Below, in pieces: positions 8,888 through 19,700 of a DNA stretch of 51,039 nt. The DNA comes from an uncultured Prevotellaceae bacterium (lineage in GTDB: Bacteria; Bacteroidota; Bacteroidia; Bacteroidales; UBA3663). The notes under the pieces were generated by a model. That model made no database searches, had not been told where the DNA came from, and worked only from the letters and a program-made list of their open reading frames with translations. The position numbers and the translations under genes were made by a program. The stretch spans positions 1-51,039 of the forward strand of contig CAZGZL010000003.1 of assembly GCA_964530595.1 (NCBI GenBank). The letters are read 5' to 3'. How positions within the stretch are numbered: position 1 is the stretch's first letter; every line of letters starts with the position of its first letter.

Positions 8888-10687
8888 ATGTACTCTTTTG
8901 ATGAATTGGAAAGCAAATTGCCGGAGGAGTTGGTACAAATCTCCCGAGATTTGAACATCCAGACCCCCGATTTTACCGACAAGAAAAAGCTCATCTATCA
9001 GATTTTGGATCAGGCTGCCGTGGTTTCGGCACAGAACGCCACGAGCGACGAAAAACCGCAACGAAAAACAAGAGCTAAAGCAACGACTACCAGACGCAAG
9101 AAAAGCGAAGTTGCCGTAGAACCGGAATCGCAACCCGCCGAAGCCAACGAACCCGCCGCAACAGCTACAGACGCAGAACCCACCGCACCCGTTGCGGCAC
9201 ACCATGAGAATGTCCCCATGGAAGAACTTGTGGTGGACGACACGGACGAGCCGATCGCTGACGCAAACGATCCGGAAGATAAGATCAACAGCTTGAACCT
9301 CGATGAACAAGACAAGGAGGCGACCAAACTTCTCCTCGAACAAAATAGAAACGCCTTCCAGAGCCTTTTTAGTTCCAACCGTGGACGCAAATCGCCATCG
9401 CGCTCTAAGGCTCAGAATAACGCTCAACCAACCACCGCTCCCACTTACCGACGTGCAAGTGCTAAGAAAACGGAAACGCCTGAACCCCTCCCCTCAAATA
9501 ATGCCGCTCCCACCGAAACGCCGCAACCCGAAAAGGTGCGCGAGACGCCCGCGATCTCTCGCGATGAATTCGACGGTGTATTGACCGGCTCAGGTGTATT
9601 GGAGATCATGCCGGACGGATTCGGCTTCCTCCGCTCGTCGGATTACAATTACTTCGCTTCGCCGGACGATATCTTTGTGTCGCAGGCACAAATCAAGCAA
9701 AATAACTTGAAACAAGGCGACATCGTAGAGGGTCCCATCCGCCCGCCGCGCGAAGGGGAACATAATTATCCCTTGGTAAAGGTTACGTCGATCAACGGAC
9801 GCTCGTTGGATTATATTCGCGACCGCGTACCTTTCGAGCACCTGACTCCCCTCTTCCCCAACGAAAAGTTCAAGCTGACGAAGGGTTACAACGACTCCAC
9901 CTCATGCCGCGTGATTGACCTCTTTGCCCCGATCGGCAAAGGTCAGCGTTCCCTAATCGTGGCACCGCCCAAAGCCGGAAAGACGGTTTTGCTGAAAGAA
10001 ATCGCCAACGCTATCTCTTTCAACCATCCGGAGGTCTACATGATCATTCTTTTGATCGACGAACGCCCGGAGGAAGTTACCGATATGCAGCGCTCTGTAC
10101 ACGCCGAAGTGATCGCCTCTACATTCGATGAACCGGCTGAACGTCACGTGAAGGTGGCGGACATGGTGATCGAGAAGGCAAAACGCTTGACGGAATGCGG
10201 TCATGACGTGGTGATTTTGTTGGATTCTATCACACGCCTCGCACGTGCATATAATACCGTCTCCCCATCGTCCGGCAAGGTACTTTCCGGAGGTGTCGAA
10301 GCGAACGCCTTGCAGAAGCCCAAACGTTTCTTTGGTGCAGCTCGTAACATCGAAGGAGGCGGCTCATTGACCATCGTAGCCACCGCTCTGATCGAAACCG
10401 GATCGCGCATGGACGAAGTGATCTTCGAGGAGTTCAAGGGCACAGGAAACATGGAGTTGCAGCTGGATCGTAAGATTGCTAACAAACGTATCTTCCCGGC
10501 GGTGGATCTCTTAGCATCAAGCACTCGCCGCGACGATCTGTTGTTGGATCAAGATGTCTTGAATCGTATGTGGATTTTGCGCCGCTACTTGAGCGATATG
10601 ACCCCCATCGAAGCTATGGAGTTCTTACAGAAGCAGATGGAGAATACCCGCAACAACGAGGAGTTGCTGCTCACGATGGGCAAGTAA
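8888..10687 (+). CDS. rho: Transcription termination factor Rho with long N-terminal disordered insertion
   Basis: [54 protein letters not shown] and FKGTGNMEL motifs. Confidence 0.98.
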   Translation: MYSFDELESKLPEELVQISRDLNIQTPDFTDKKKLIYQILDQAAVVSAQNATSDEKPQRKTRAKATTTRRKKSEVAVEPESQPAEANEPAATATDAEPTAPVAAHHENVPMEELVVDDTDEPIADANDPEDKINSLNLDEQDKEATKLLLEQNRNAFQSLFSSNRGRKSPSRSKAQNNAQPTTAPTYRRASAKKTETPEPLPSNNAAPTETPQPEKVRETPAISRDEFDGVLTGSGVLEIMPDGFGFLRSSDYNYFASPDDIFVSQAQIKQNNLKQGDIVEGPIRPPREGEHNYPLVKVTSINGRSLDYIRDRVPFEHLTPLFPNEKFKLTKGYNDSTSCRVIDLFAPIGKGQRSLIVAPPKAGKTVLLKEIANAISFNHPEVYMIILLIDERPEEVTDMQRSVHAEVIASTFDEPAERHVKVADMVIEKAKRLTECGHDVVILLDSITRLARAYNTVSPSSGKVLSGGVEANALQKPKRFFGAARNIEGGGSLTIVATALIETGSRMDEVIFEEFKGTGNMELQLDRKIANKRIFPAVDLLASSTRRDDLLLDQDVLNRMWILRRYLSDMTPIEAMEFLQKQMENTRNNEELLLTMGK

Positions 10688-10726
10688 TCGCACGACTTGG
10701 TTTATGAAATATTGCATTTTTAGATC

Positions 10727-12724
10727 ATGCTTTCGATAGAAAACCTCTCCGTCGAGTTCAGCGCTCGACCGCTTTTCTCCAACATCAATTACGTCATTAA
10801 CAAGAACGATCGCATTGCTTTGGTCGGCAAAAACGGGGCAGGAAAGAGTACAATGCTCAAGATCATTGCGGGCATTCAGCAACCTACCTCCGGACGTGTA
10901 GGCAAGCCCAAAGATCTGACGATCGGCTACCTGCCGCAGGTGATGAAGCTGACCGACACGCTGAGCGTCCGCGAGGAGACAGAACGTGCCTTTGCCCACG
11001 TGATCGAGTTGGAAGCCGAAGAGCAACGTCTAAGCAGACTGTTGGCAGAACGTACAGACTACGAAAGTCCCGAATATCATCAGTTGATTGATCAACTCTC
11101 TGTGATCAACGAGCGGCTGACCATGGAGGGAGCCTCTGGGCGCGAAGCTGAGATCGAACGCACGCTGACCGGCTTGGGCTTCGAGCGAAGCGACTTTGAC
11201 CGACCGACAGCGGAATTCAGCGGTGGCTGGCGAATGCGCATCGAGCTCGCCAAAATCCTGCTGCAACATCCCGACGTCTTACTGTTGGACGAGCCGACCA
11301 ACCACTTGGACATCCAATCTATCCAATGGTTGGAGCGCTTTCTGACTACGCGCAGCGGTACGCTGGTTTTGATCAGCCACGACCGAGCGTTTTTGGACAA
11401 TGTAACGACACGCACCATAGAAATCACTTGCGGGACGATTCACGATTACGCCGTGAATTACAGTCGCTACGTAGTGCTGCACAAGGAACGCATCGAGCAG
11501 CAGCGTCGTGCCTACGAGAACCAGCAGAAGATGATCGAGGAGACACGCGCCTTCATCGAACGATTTCGCTATCAAGCCACTAAAGCCATTCAAGTACAGA
11601 GCCGAATCAAGCAATTAGAGAAGATTGTCCCGATCGAGATTGACGAAGTAGACAACAGCCAGTTGCGCCTCAAATTCCCGCCGGCACCCCGATCGGGTGA
11701 CTATCCGGTGATCTGCGAAGAGGTGGCGAAACGCTACGGCGAGCACACAGTCTTCGAACACGTAGATTTGACCATTAAACGCGGCGAAAAAGTGGCTTTC
11801 GTGGGGCGAAACGGCGAAGGCAAGTCAACTTTGGTCAAGTGCATTATGGATCAAATTTCTTATGAGGGATCTTTGAAGATTGGCTATGGCGTGAAGATTG
11901 GCTACTTCGCACAGAATCAGGCGCAGCTTTTGGACGGAAATCTGACCGTCTTTGACACGATAGACCGAGTGGCGACGGGTGACATCCGCACACGCATTAA
12001 AGACATCTTAGGGGCGTTTATGTTCGGTGGAGAGGCAAGCGAGAAGAAAGTCGAAGTGCTTTCGGGCGGAGAACGCTCCCGCTTGGCTATGATCCGCTTG
12101 TTGTTAGAGCCGGTGAATCTTTTGATCTTGGACGAGCCGACCAACCATTTGGACATCGCGTCAAAAGAAGTCCTGAAGCAAGCCATTTGCGCGTTCGACG
12201 GCACCGTGATTGTCGTAAGTCACGACCGTGACTTCTTGGACGGCACCGTGCAGAAGGTGTATGAGTTCGCACACGGGCGTGTCCGCGAACATTTGGGCGG
12301 CATTTACGACTTCCTACGCGAGGCGGAAGCTGAGCGCGATGAAAAGCTCGCTGCATCGCCCACGGGGAGCACAACTAAAGCGTCAATGGCGGTAAATAAT
12401 AGTTCGACGCCCGCTACCTCCAAATCTGCTGCGACAACGACGACCACCACGAACGCAGCGACGAGCAGTAGCTCGCTGAGCTTTGAGGAGCAAAAAGAAC
12501 TGAAGCGCAAACGCAACAAAATAGAACGCGAAGTGCAAAAGGCTGAACAGAGTATTGCCGAGTTAGAGGGCAAGATTGCGTTCTTGGAAGAGCAAATGAT
12601 GACCCCTGAAGGCAGCAGCGACCCTGAATTGTTCAAAAATCATGCCCGCCTAAAGCAAGAACTTGAGACGTGGACTGAGACGTGGATGACTGCGTCCGAA
12701 ACCTTAGAGTCGATGAGTGAGTAA
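10727..12724 (+). CDS. ABC-F family ATPase (ribosome-associated) with C-terminal coiled coil
   Basis: Two NBDs (GKNGAGKS/FSGGW/LLLDEPTNHLD and GRNGEGKS/LSGGE/LILDEPTNHLD), inter-ABC linker, no TM segments. Confidence 0.95.
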   Translation: MLSIENLSVEFSARPLFSNINYVINKNDRIALVGKNGAGKSTMLKIIAGIQQPTSGRVGKPKDLTIGYLPQVMKLTDTLSVREETERAFAHVIELEAEEQRLSRLLAERTDYESPEYHQLIDQLSVINERLTMEGASGREAEIERTLTGLGFERSDFDRPTAEFSGGWRMRIELAKILLQHPDVLLLDEPTNHLDIQSIQWLERFLTTRSGTLVLISHDRAFLDNVTTRTIEITCGTIHDYAVNYSRYVVLHKERIEQQRRAYENQQKMIEETRAFIERFRYQATKAIQVQSRIKQLEKIVPIEIDEVDNSQLRLKFPPAPRSGDYPVICEEVAKRYGEHTVFEHVDLTIKRGEKVAFVGRNGEGKSTLVKCIMDQISYEGSLKIGYGVKIGYFAQNQAQLLDGNLTVFDTIDRVATGDIRTRIKDILGAFMFGGEASEKKVEVLSGGERSRLAMIRLLLEPVNLLILDEPTNHLDIASKEVLKQAICAFDGTVIVVSHDRDFLDGTVQKVYEFAHGRVREHLGGIYDFLREAEAERDEKLAASPTGSTTKASMAVNNSSTPATSKSAATTTTTTNAATSSSSLSFEEQKELKRKRNKIEREVQKAEQSIAELEGKIAFLEEQMMTPEGSSDPELFKNHARLKQELETWTETWMTASETLESMSE

Positions 12725-12852
12725 TTCACCATCGACTCTTTTTTATGTTTTCATCCGAAAATCACCTACCCAAGGGGGTTTATCTATGAATTCGTCGCGA
12801 CTTGAAAAATTATTTTTTCATTTTAAGCGAAAAAAAAGTTCAGTTTTTATTA

Positions 12853-12929
12853 GGTTATTTGATTTTGTCTATATATTTGCGATACCTAAAGAGAGGTTCT
12901 ATACAAAAATCGAACGGTTATTTGATTTT
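12853..12929 (+). repeat. Perfect 14-bp direct repeat GGTTATTTGATTTT (12853-12866, 12916-12929)
   Basis: Read directly; period 63 bp; the copies flank the recQ -7 element. Confidence 0.8.
12872..12879 (+). promoter_or_regulatory. -7 element TATATTTG of recQ
   Basis: TAnnTTTG in an AT-rich intergenic region, about 170 nt upstream of the ATG. Confidence 0.6.
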
Positions 12930-13051
12930 AGTGACACTTCAGCAAACGAGGAGAGAACAACCATAGAGCCTCGTTCAGAGAACGTTGTCATGGGATGATT
13001 GATCCAACGCAACGCATACACATAGAAAATTTGAAACACTGAATATAAGTT

Positions 13052-15238
13052 ATGACGAACAAAAGTTTAGCAGAAAGTCTGAAATATCATTTCGGATTTG
13101 ACAGCTTTAAGGGTAATCAGGAAGCTATCATTGAAAACCTGATGGCTGGCAACGATACTTTCGTGCTGATGCCAACGGGCGGAGGCAAATCACTGTGTTA
13201 CCAGTTACCCTCTCTTTTGATGGACGGAACGGCGATCGTTATCTCTCCGCTCATCGCCCTTATGAAAAATCAGGTGGACGCCATGCGCAATTTCAGCGAA
13301 GATGACGGTGTGGCACACTTCATCAACTCCTCTCTCAATAAGACAGCTATTGATGCGGTTCGCCATGACATCGTATCCGGTAAGACCAAATTGCTCTATG
13401 TGGCGCCCGAATCGCTGACTAAGCAGGAAAACATAGATTTTCTCCGCACCGTCAATATTTCGTTCTTTGCCGTTGACGAGGCACATTGTATTTCCGAATG
13501 GGGACACGATTTCCGTTTGGAATACCGTCGCATCCGTCCGATCATTGATGCCATCGGTTCTCGTCCTCTGATTGCGCTGACAGCAACAGCCACGCCGAAA
13601 GTGCAGCACGACATTATGAAGAATTTAGGTATTCTCAAAGCCAAAGTCTTCAAATCCTCTTTCAACCGCGCCAACCTCTATTACGAAGTGCGACCGAAGA
13701 CCGACGACATAGATCGCGAGATCATCAAATACATCAAAAGTCAGCCGGGCAAGTCGGGCATCATTTACTGCTTGAGCCGCAAGAAGGTGGAAGAATTGAC
13801 TGAAATTCTTAAAGCCAACGACATTCGCGCCCTGCCCTACCACGCCGGCATGGATTCCGCCATGCGTTCTGAGAACCAAGATGCGTTCTTGCTCGAAAAG
13901 GTGGACGTCATTGTGGCAACTATTGCATTTGGTATGGGCATTGACAAACCGGATGTACGTTACGTGATCCACTACGATATGCCCAAGAGTTTGGAGGGAT
14001 ATTATCAAGAGACCGGTCGTGCAGGACGCGATGGAGGCGAAGGCAAGTGCATCGCCTTCTACGCAGCCAAGGACTTGGGTAAATTGGAGAAATTCATGCA
14101 GGGTAAGCCTTTGGCTGAACAAGAGATCGGCAAGTTGTTGATCCGCGAGACACAAGCGTATGCCGAGACGAGTCTCTGTCGCCGCAAGGCTTTGCTGCAT
14201 TATTTCGGCGAGGAGTACAAGAGCGACGAATGCGGCAACTGTGACAACTGCGCTAAGCCTAAAAAACGTATCGAAGCCTCCGAACTGCTCTGCGCTGTGA
14301 TCGAAGTGATCCTTGCGCTCAAAGAAAAGTTCAAAGAGGAATACGTCATTGACATATTGTTGGGGCACAAGACCGAAGAGGTCTCTGCCTACAAGCACGA
14401 CGAGTTGGAGGTATTCGGCAGCGGATCGGACGAATCGGAAGAGATTTGGAATGCCGTGATCCGCCAGGCATTGATCGCCAAGTACCTCTCTCGAGACATC
14501 GAAAACTATGGACTCTTGAAAGTTACCGCCGCCGGCAACAAGTTCCTCAAAGCGCCCAAACAGTTCCAAATTGTAGTGGCACGCAGCGAAGAGGATGAGG
14601 ACGGCGAGGACGACACCGACGTCAAGGGCGACATCTCTTCGGCGGCAGCAGACGAGACTTTGTTCGGTATGCTGAAAGACTTGCGCAAGAAATTGGCGAA
14701 AAAGTTAGAGCTGCCTCCTTATGTGATCTTCCAAGATCCGTCGCTCGAAGCCATGGCGACTACCTACCCCATCACCATCGAGGAATTGCAAAACATTCCC
14801 GGTGTGGGAGCCGGCAAAGCGAAACGCTACGGTGACGAGTTCATTAAGTTGATCAAGAAGCATTGTGATGAAAATGAGATCGTTCGCCCCGAAGATTTAC
14901 GTGTGCGCACGGTAGCTAACAAATCGAAATTGAAGGTGAGCATCATTCAGAGCATAGATCGTAAGATAGCGCTCGATGAATTGGCATCTGCCAACCGCCT
15001 TGAATTTAGCGAGTTGTTAGACGAGATCGAAGCCATCGTTTACTCCGGCACTCGCATCAACATCAACTACTTCTTGGAAGATGTAATGGACGAGGATTCG
15101 ATCGACGATATCTTCCAATATTTCAAAGAAGCCGAAAGCGACAGCTTGGATGACGCTTACAAAGAACTCGGTCGCGAGTACAAAGAGGAAGAGATACGTT
15201 TGGTACGCATCAAATTTCTCTCCGAAATGGCTAACTAA
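13052..15238 (+). CDS. recQ: DNA helicase RecQ (helicase, Zn, RQC, HRDC, C-terminal extension)
   Basis: MPTGGGKS, DEAHCISEWGHDFR, QETGRAGRDG, CRR..LLHYFGE...CGNCDNC; HRDC LKDLRKK..PPYVIF...GVGAGKAKRYG. Confidence 0.97.
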   Translation: MTNKSLAESLKYHFGFDSFKGNQEAIIENLMAGNDTFVLMPTGGGKSLCYQLPSLLMDGTAIVISPLIALMKNQVDAMRNFSEDDGVAHFINSSLNKTAIDAVRHDIVSGKTKLLYVAPESLTKQENIDFLRTVNISFFAVDEAHCISEWGHDFRLEYRRIRPIIDAIGSRPLIALTATATPKVQHDIMKNLGILKAKVFKSSFNRANLYYEVRPKTDDIDREIIKYIKSQPGKSGIIYCLSRKKVEELTEILKANDIRALPYHAGMDSAMRSENQDAFLLEKVDVIVATIAFGMGIDKPDVRYVIHYDMPKSLEGYYQETGRAGRDGGEGKCIAFYAAKDLGKLEKFMQGKPLAEQEIGKLLIRETQAYAETSLCRRKALLHYFGEEYKSDECGNCDNCAKPKKRIEASELLCAVIEVILALKEKFKEEYVIDILLGHKTEEVSAYKHDELEVFGSGSDESEEIWNAVIRQALIAKYLSRDIENYGLLKVTAAGNKFLKAPKQFQIVVARSEEDEDGEDDTDVKGDISSAAADETLFGMLKDLRKKLAKKLELPPYVIFQDPSLEAMATTYPITIEELQNIPGVGAGKAKRYGDEFIKLIKKHCDENEIVRPEDLRVRTVANKSKLKVSIIQSIDRKIALDELASANRLEFSELLDEIEAIVYSGTRININYFLEDVMDEDSIDDIFQYFKEAESDSLDDAYKELGREYKEEEIRLVRIKFLSEMAN

Positions 15239-15252
15239 AATTCACTCAAAGT

Positions 15253-15297
15253 TCGCCGCAGATAGAATACTTTAGTATATCTGCGGCGATTCTTTTT
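15253..15297 (+). terminator. Intrinsic terminator after recQ
   Basis: TCGCCGCAGATA...TATCTGCGGCGA 12-bp stem followed by TTCTTTTT. Confidence 0.85.
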
Positions 15298-15369
15298 GTC
15301 AGTACGTCAAGAACGCATTGACACATCGTTTTTTACTTGATATCTCGCCCTTTCCCCCTTTTTCTACCA

Positions 15370-16518
15370 ATGTCCGCCCTCTACATCCACATTCCTTTTT
15401 GTGCCTCCAAATGTATTTACTGCGACTTTTACTCCATCGCTAAAAATAAACAGGCGGTGGCGACCTTGGGTGCAACCTACGTAGACGCATTGCTGTGTGA
15501 GCTACGCGACAGACAGCATTTCCTCCCTGCCGCCGAGCCTATTCGCACCGTTTACTTAGGTGGCGGTACCCCATCGCTATTACCTGTCTCAGAAATTCGC
15601 AGACTGCTGCACGATGCCGCAGAGATCATAGACTTATCGCAGGTAGAAGAAGTAACATTAGAGGCTAACCCAGAGGATGTTACAGCAGAATTTTCAGAGG
15701 GACTATCAGAGACCTGTATCAATCGTGTCAGCATGGGAGTACAGTCCTTTGTAGATGCCGAACTACGGATCATCCGTCGCCGACACGATGCGCGACGAGC
15801 AGAGGAGGCAGTAATGGCGTTGCGTCGTAACGGCATCCGAAACATCAGCTTAGACTTGATCTATGGGCTCCCCACGCAGAGTGAAGCCTCATGGCTCGAA
15901 AGCATTCGACGTTGCATAGCCCTTGGAGTGGAACATATCTCTGCCTATTGCCTCTCCGTCGAAGAGGGTACACTCTTGTCTCGGCGCGTATCGGAGGGGG
16001 CGTTGACACTGCCGGACGATGACACCTGTGTGCGTTTCAACGCCTTGCTGCGCGAGTATCTTCACGCTGCCGGCTACGAACAGTATGAGCTATCCAACTA
16101 CGCCCGTCCCGGCTACTATTCGCGCCACAACAGCTGCTATTGGGACGGTACCCCTTACCTCGGCTTGGGGCCGGGGGCACACAGCTATGACGGAGCTTTG
16201 CGTCGCGGCAACAATGCACCGGACGTACGTGCTTACATAGCCAACGGGGCGAACTATCGAGAGGAAGTCTTGACGGAACAAGATCGTTACAACGAGCTGA
16301 TTATGTTGGGGCTACGCACACGCCGAGGGGTTTCCTTCGCGCAACTTTCGCCCTACTTCGCCGCCCATCCAGACCTGCAAAAATACTTTGAGCGACAATA
16401 TGGCACGCTGCTCGCCGAAAAATTGATTCAAGAAATTCCCAACCGCTCGTTTTCGCTCAGTGAATCGGGTTTAAACCTTGCAGACGACGTAATTCGACGA
16501 CTATTCTATTTGGAATAA
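15370..16518 (+). CDS. hemW: Radical SAM heme chaperone HemW (HemN-like)
   Basis: LYIHIPFCASKCIYCDF, YLGGGTPS, EANP, R.SMGVQSF, YELSNYA, SRHN..YW, YLGLGPGAHS. Confidence 0.92.
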   Translation: MSALYIHIPFCASKCIYCDFYSIAKNKQAVATLGATYVDALLCELRDRQHFLPAAEPIRTVYLGGGTPSLLPVSEIRRLLHDAAEIIDLSQVEEVTLEANPEDVTAEFSEGLSETCINRVSMGVQSFVDAELRIIRRRHDARRAEEAVMALRRNGIRNISLDLIYGLPTQSEASWLESIRRCIALGVEHISAYCLSVEEGTLLSRRVSEGALTLPDDDTCVRFNALLREYLHAAGYEQYELSNYARPGYYSRHNSCYWDGTPYLGLGPGAHSYDGALRRGNNAPDVRAYIANGANYREEVLTEQDRYNELIMLGLRTRRGVSFAQLSPYFAAHPDLQKYFERQYGTLLAEKLIQEIPNRSFSLSESGLNLADDVIRRLFYLE

Positions 16519-16558
16519 AAAGAACTTGGAGGCGAATCTCCTCGACTCTCCTCCAAGT
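16517..16558 (-). terminator. Intrinsic terminator, U-tract on the minus strand
   Basis: ACTTGGAGG...CCTCCAAGT stem (16524-16558) followed on the minus strand by TCTTTTT; lies between convergent hemW and GH98. Confidence 0.8.
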
Positions 16559-16636
16559 ATCACCACACATTAAAACCATAATACGGTAGAAATACAATCT
16601 ATTTTCACCTACCATAAAAATTTAGAAATATTAGAG
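16517..16636 (-). ncRNA. Candidate small RNA or structured 3' UTR (about 120 nt)
   Basis: Hairpin 16583-16615 that pairs fully only on the minus strand (U-G), then a G/U-rich linker and a terminator; weak promoter-like GAAATTCG at 16642-16649. Confidence 0.35.
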
Positions 16637-16748
16637 AGTAGCGAATTTCCGTCTTATGGCTTCACGGGTATATGAATTATTTCAATGTGTTGCGTTTGAT
16701 CTTTTCAGCCGTAAAATAGGGTAAAATCTGTGTGGCGCAAGCACTCCG

Positions 16749-19700
16749 TCAACGGACGAAGAGCTTTGCGCTCTCTACATGTCCATCAGCATACGTACGG
16801 CGGACAATCACCAACGAGCCCGGCACAAGGGACTGAATACGCACACCCGCAGGGGTGAAATATTCCGTGGCGATGAGCGTTGCGGAAACAGTGGGAACCT
16901 CCTCCAAAGCGGTAATTACGGAGGTATCGTAAGTGACGCCCTCGAAAGTGATATCGTCCACATAGAAATTGTTGACAGCAGCAGCCAATCCCCAAACGAG
17001 TTGCGTAGACCCTGATGTGAACTTATTCTGTGTATCGGTGTAACGTGCCGCAGTCTGCCACGTCTTACCATCGGCTGCATATTCGAACGTGAGAGTCGAA
17101 CCGATCGTTGAAGCACGATAGTAGACCACCTCACCGGCTGAAGGATTCCAACCAGCAACATAACCATTCGTCAACAGAGTAAGTGATGTTGAGGCGGTTG
17201 AGTTATAAATTCTAAACTCTCCGTTACCTGTCGAACGATTATAGTAGACAATGAAAACGTAGCCCTGCATCAAACCCTGTACGTAACCGGTAGTCGACGT
17301 TCCCACTTTATCTTTATTACCACGCAACAGCACGCCCACCTTATATTCTTCCGACGAGGAGGCTACCGCCTGCCGCCATGTGACAGAATAATCTGTCGCC
17401 ATGTTGGTAAACTGCGTCAGATTCAGCGCACCGGTGCCGTTACGTTTTCCGCCGCTGTAGGCTTTCAACCAATGACTTGCGGCATCATTCGCCGCTGTGT
17501 AATTGACGACGCCTGCCGTAGCGCCGTTCCCTGTGCCCACGCTGACGTGTTGTGCAGGCGGATTGGTAGCAGACGTCTTAGCGGCATCTGTCTCAAAGTC
17601 GTAGCAGAGAGAGACCGAGGGAGGAACCACACTACCCGATAGCGTCACAGTACGCGGCGCAACATAGGGAGTGGAGAGTGTCAATGCACCCTCGTAAGCT
17701 CCCAATGCCAAATCAGGACGAATGCGGACGTAGAGTGTACGCTCCTCTACATTATTTTCATCGCCTTCAGGTGAGAGGATTAACTGCTGCGCAAAGCTGC
17801 CGTCAGCCGTTAACGCCACCTCGTAATAAGGACCTGCATCCACCGTGATATTACCCAACAAATTGCGTCCCACCACGGTAAGCTCCAGTGGTGTTGCCTC
17901 CGCATTGTAGATGGCATTCAGACCATCGGCATACGTGCGGGAGATGCTCAACCGAGGCTGGAAGCAAGAGATGTCATCCACGCGGAAGTTTTGTTGCCAG
18001 ACGAGACAAGTTGCCCCCTGCGCATAGTGGGTATCACAAACCGAAGTTTCGACATTACCGATCCACGTACTACCATCCTCAGAATATGCCATCTGCAACG
18101 TATCTGCCACAGCCATCGCGCGGAAGGATACAGCAACACCTGCCGCGGGTTTCAACGACGTAGGCACTTCGACCAAGGGGGTACGTACGCCGGTAGTCTC
18201 CATCCGTACGATGCTCAGTTTCAGAGTTCCATCGGAGGCTATATTGGTCTCGTAGAGATAGCCGGATCGGAGCGTTTCGTCACCGGGAGTAGCGCGCAAC
18301 AAAAGCCCACCCGTTGTGGCAGCATCGTCAAAATAGCTTGTCCACTGCACAGCATAATCCGTAGCATCCGTGGGGAAAAGATCCAAATCTGCCCACGACG
18401 TTCCTTCGGTCGGCGCAGTCCCCTGTAAGAGTTGCGTCGCTGCGCCGGAGGCATCGGTATATTTGACGACCTGTGCAGCGCCATTGTGCAGCGAGACCAT
18501 ATCGGCTGGACTTTCCGGTGCTTGTACCGCGGTGGCGCTAACTGCATCGCCCTCGAAGGTGTAACACTCAGCATGATCCCAAGCCTCGATGATCATATGA
18601 TCCATATAAAGAGGATTGCTCCCGGCACTCGCAGCCGAGAAACGCACTTCGTTGCCTCCTGCACGCAATTTGATCTTGCGACTGAAGGTACTCCAAGAGG
18701 TTCCTGCCTTGTCCTTGACCAAATTCATGGTAGTGACCTTAGAACCATTGACATAGAGACCGACGTTCTGCACGCTTCCCTGCGGAGCTGAATAGCGCAA
18801 AGTAAGACGATAATAGCCGGCACGATCTACCTTCACGGTGTCGCGCACTGCGGCTCCCTGCGCACGACCGAAAGAGAGATAACCTTGTCCTGTGAAGCCC
18901 GATATGCTTGTACCATAGCCTTTGGGAACACACGCATCAATGTTTTTGTAATCGAAGTTCTCCGCCTCATATTGACGCGCTCCGGTGTATACAGATGGGA
19001 GCGCCGGACGTTCTATTTGAACGGGCGTCACCGATTCGATCGAAAGGCGATCTGTAGCATCACCGGAACATTGCACCGTCAGATCTAATGGTCCAAGATG
19101 GCGCACAGCCAAGACATACGCCGAAGCATCCGGAACCACCGTCACGGAGGAAGCCGGGTGATCGCCACGATCATTCAATGTGTATGTAGGGGTACCAACA
19201 GCGCCCAAGATGCGCAACGTATCAGTGCGCAACGTCGCATCGTCGGTACGGTAGTTAGTCATGTAGAAGCGCAAGCAGTTCGGCTCCTCGCGCAGTTGCA
19301 AGAGGGAATATTGTGCCAACGATACCTTCAACCCCGTACAAGTGTTGTATTTGAAGCTCAGAGCGCCCGTAGCATTTGCCTCTTCGAAGACGTTCGGATT
19401 ATACCCTACCCACGCATTTTCAACGCGCGAAAAATAGGCATCGCCCGTCGACTCTTCAGCGAAGAGTTCGTTCATCTCATTCACCTTGGCAGTCACAGTA
19501 GGCCACCGCTTGGAATAGCCGGACGAAGGGATCTGCACTTGGAAGGTCTTCGCCAAGGAATCTGCCAAGGTATAGACCGTCGGAATGGCGGGATAACGCC
19601 CACTCTTCTTCATCCACGTTACGTTGTTGAGCCATTCGCCGTCTTCATCCATTTGATAAAGCCCTTTGAATAGTCCGGAGGGAGTCATGTAATCTTTATG

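Noticed and set aside
12350-12480. Ser/Thr/Ala tract in ABC-F (AATTTTTTNAATSSSS)
   Set aside because: Mixed codons, not a DNA microsatellite; ordinary linker before the C-terminal coiled coil.
13625-14569. 314-aa minus-strand ORF (similarly 6375-7130, 7672-8424, 8012-8779)
   Set aside because: Shadow ORFs opposite recQ, recJ and RecQ2; no motifs or expression signals.
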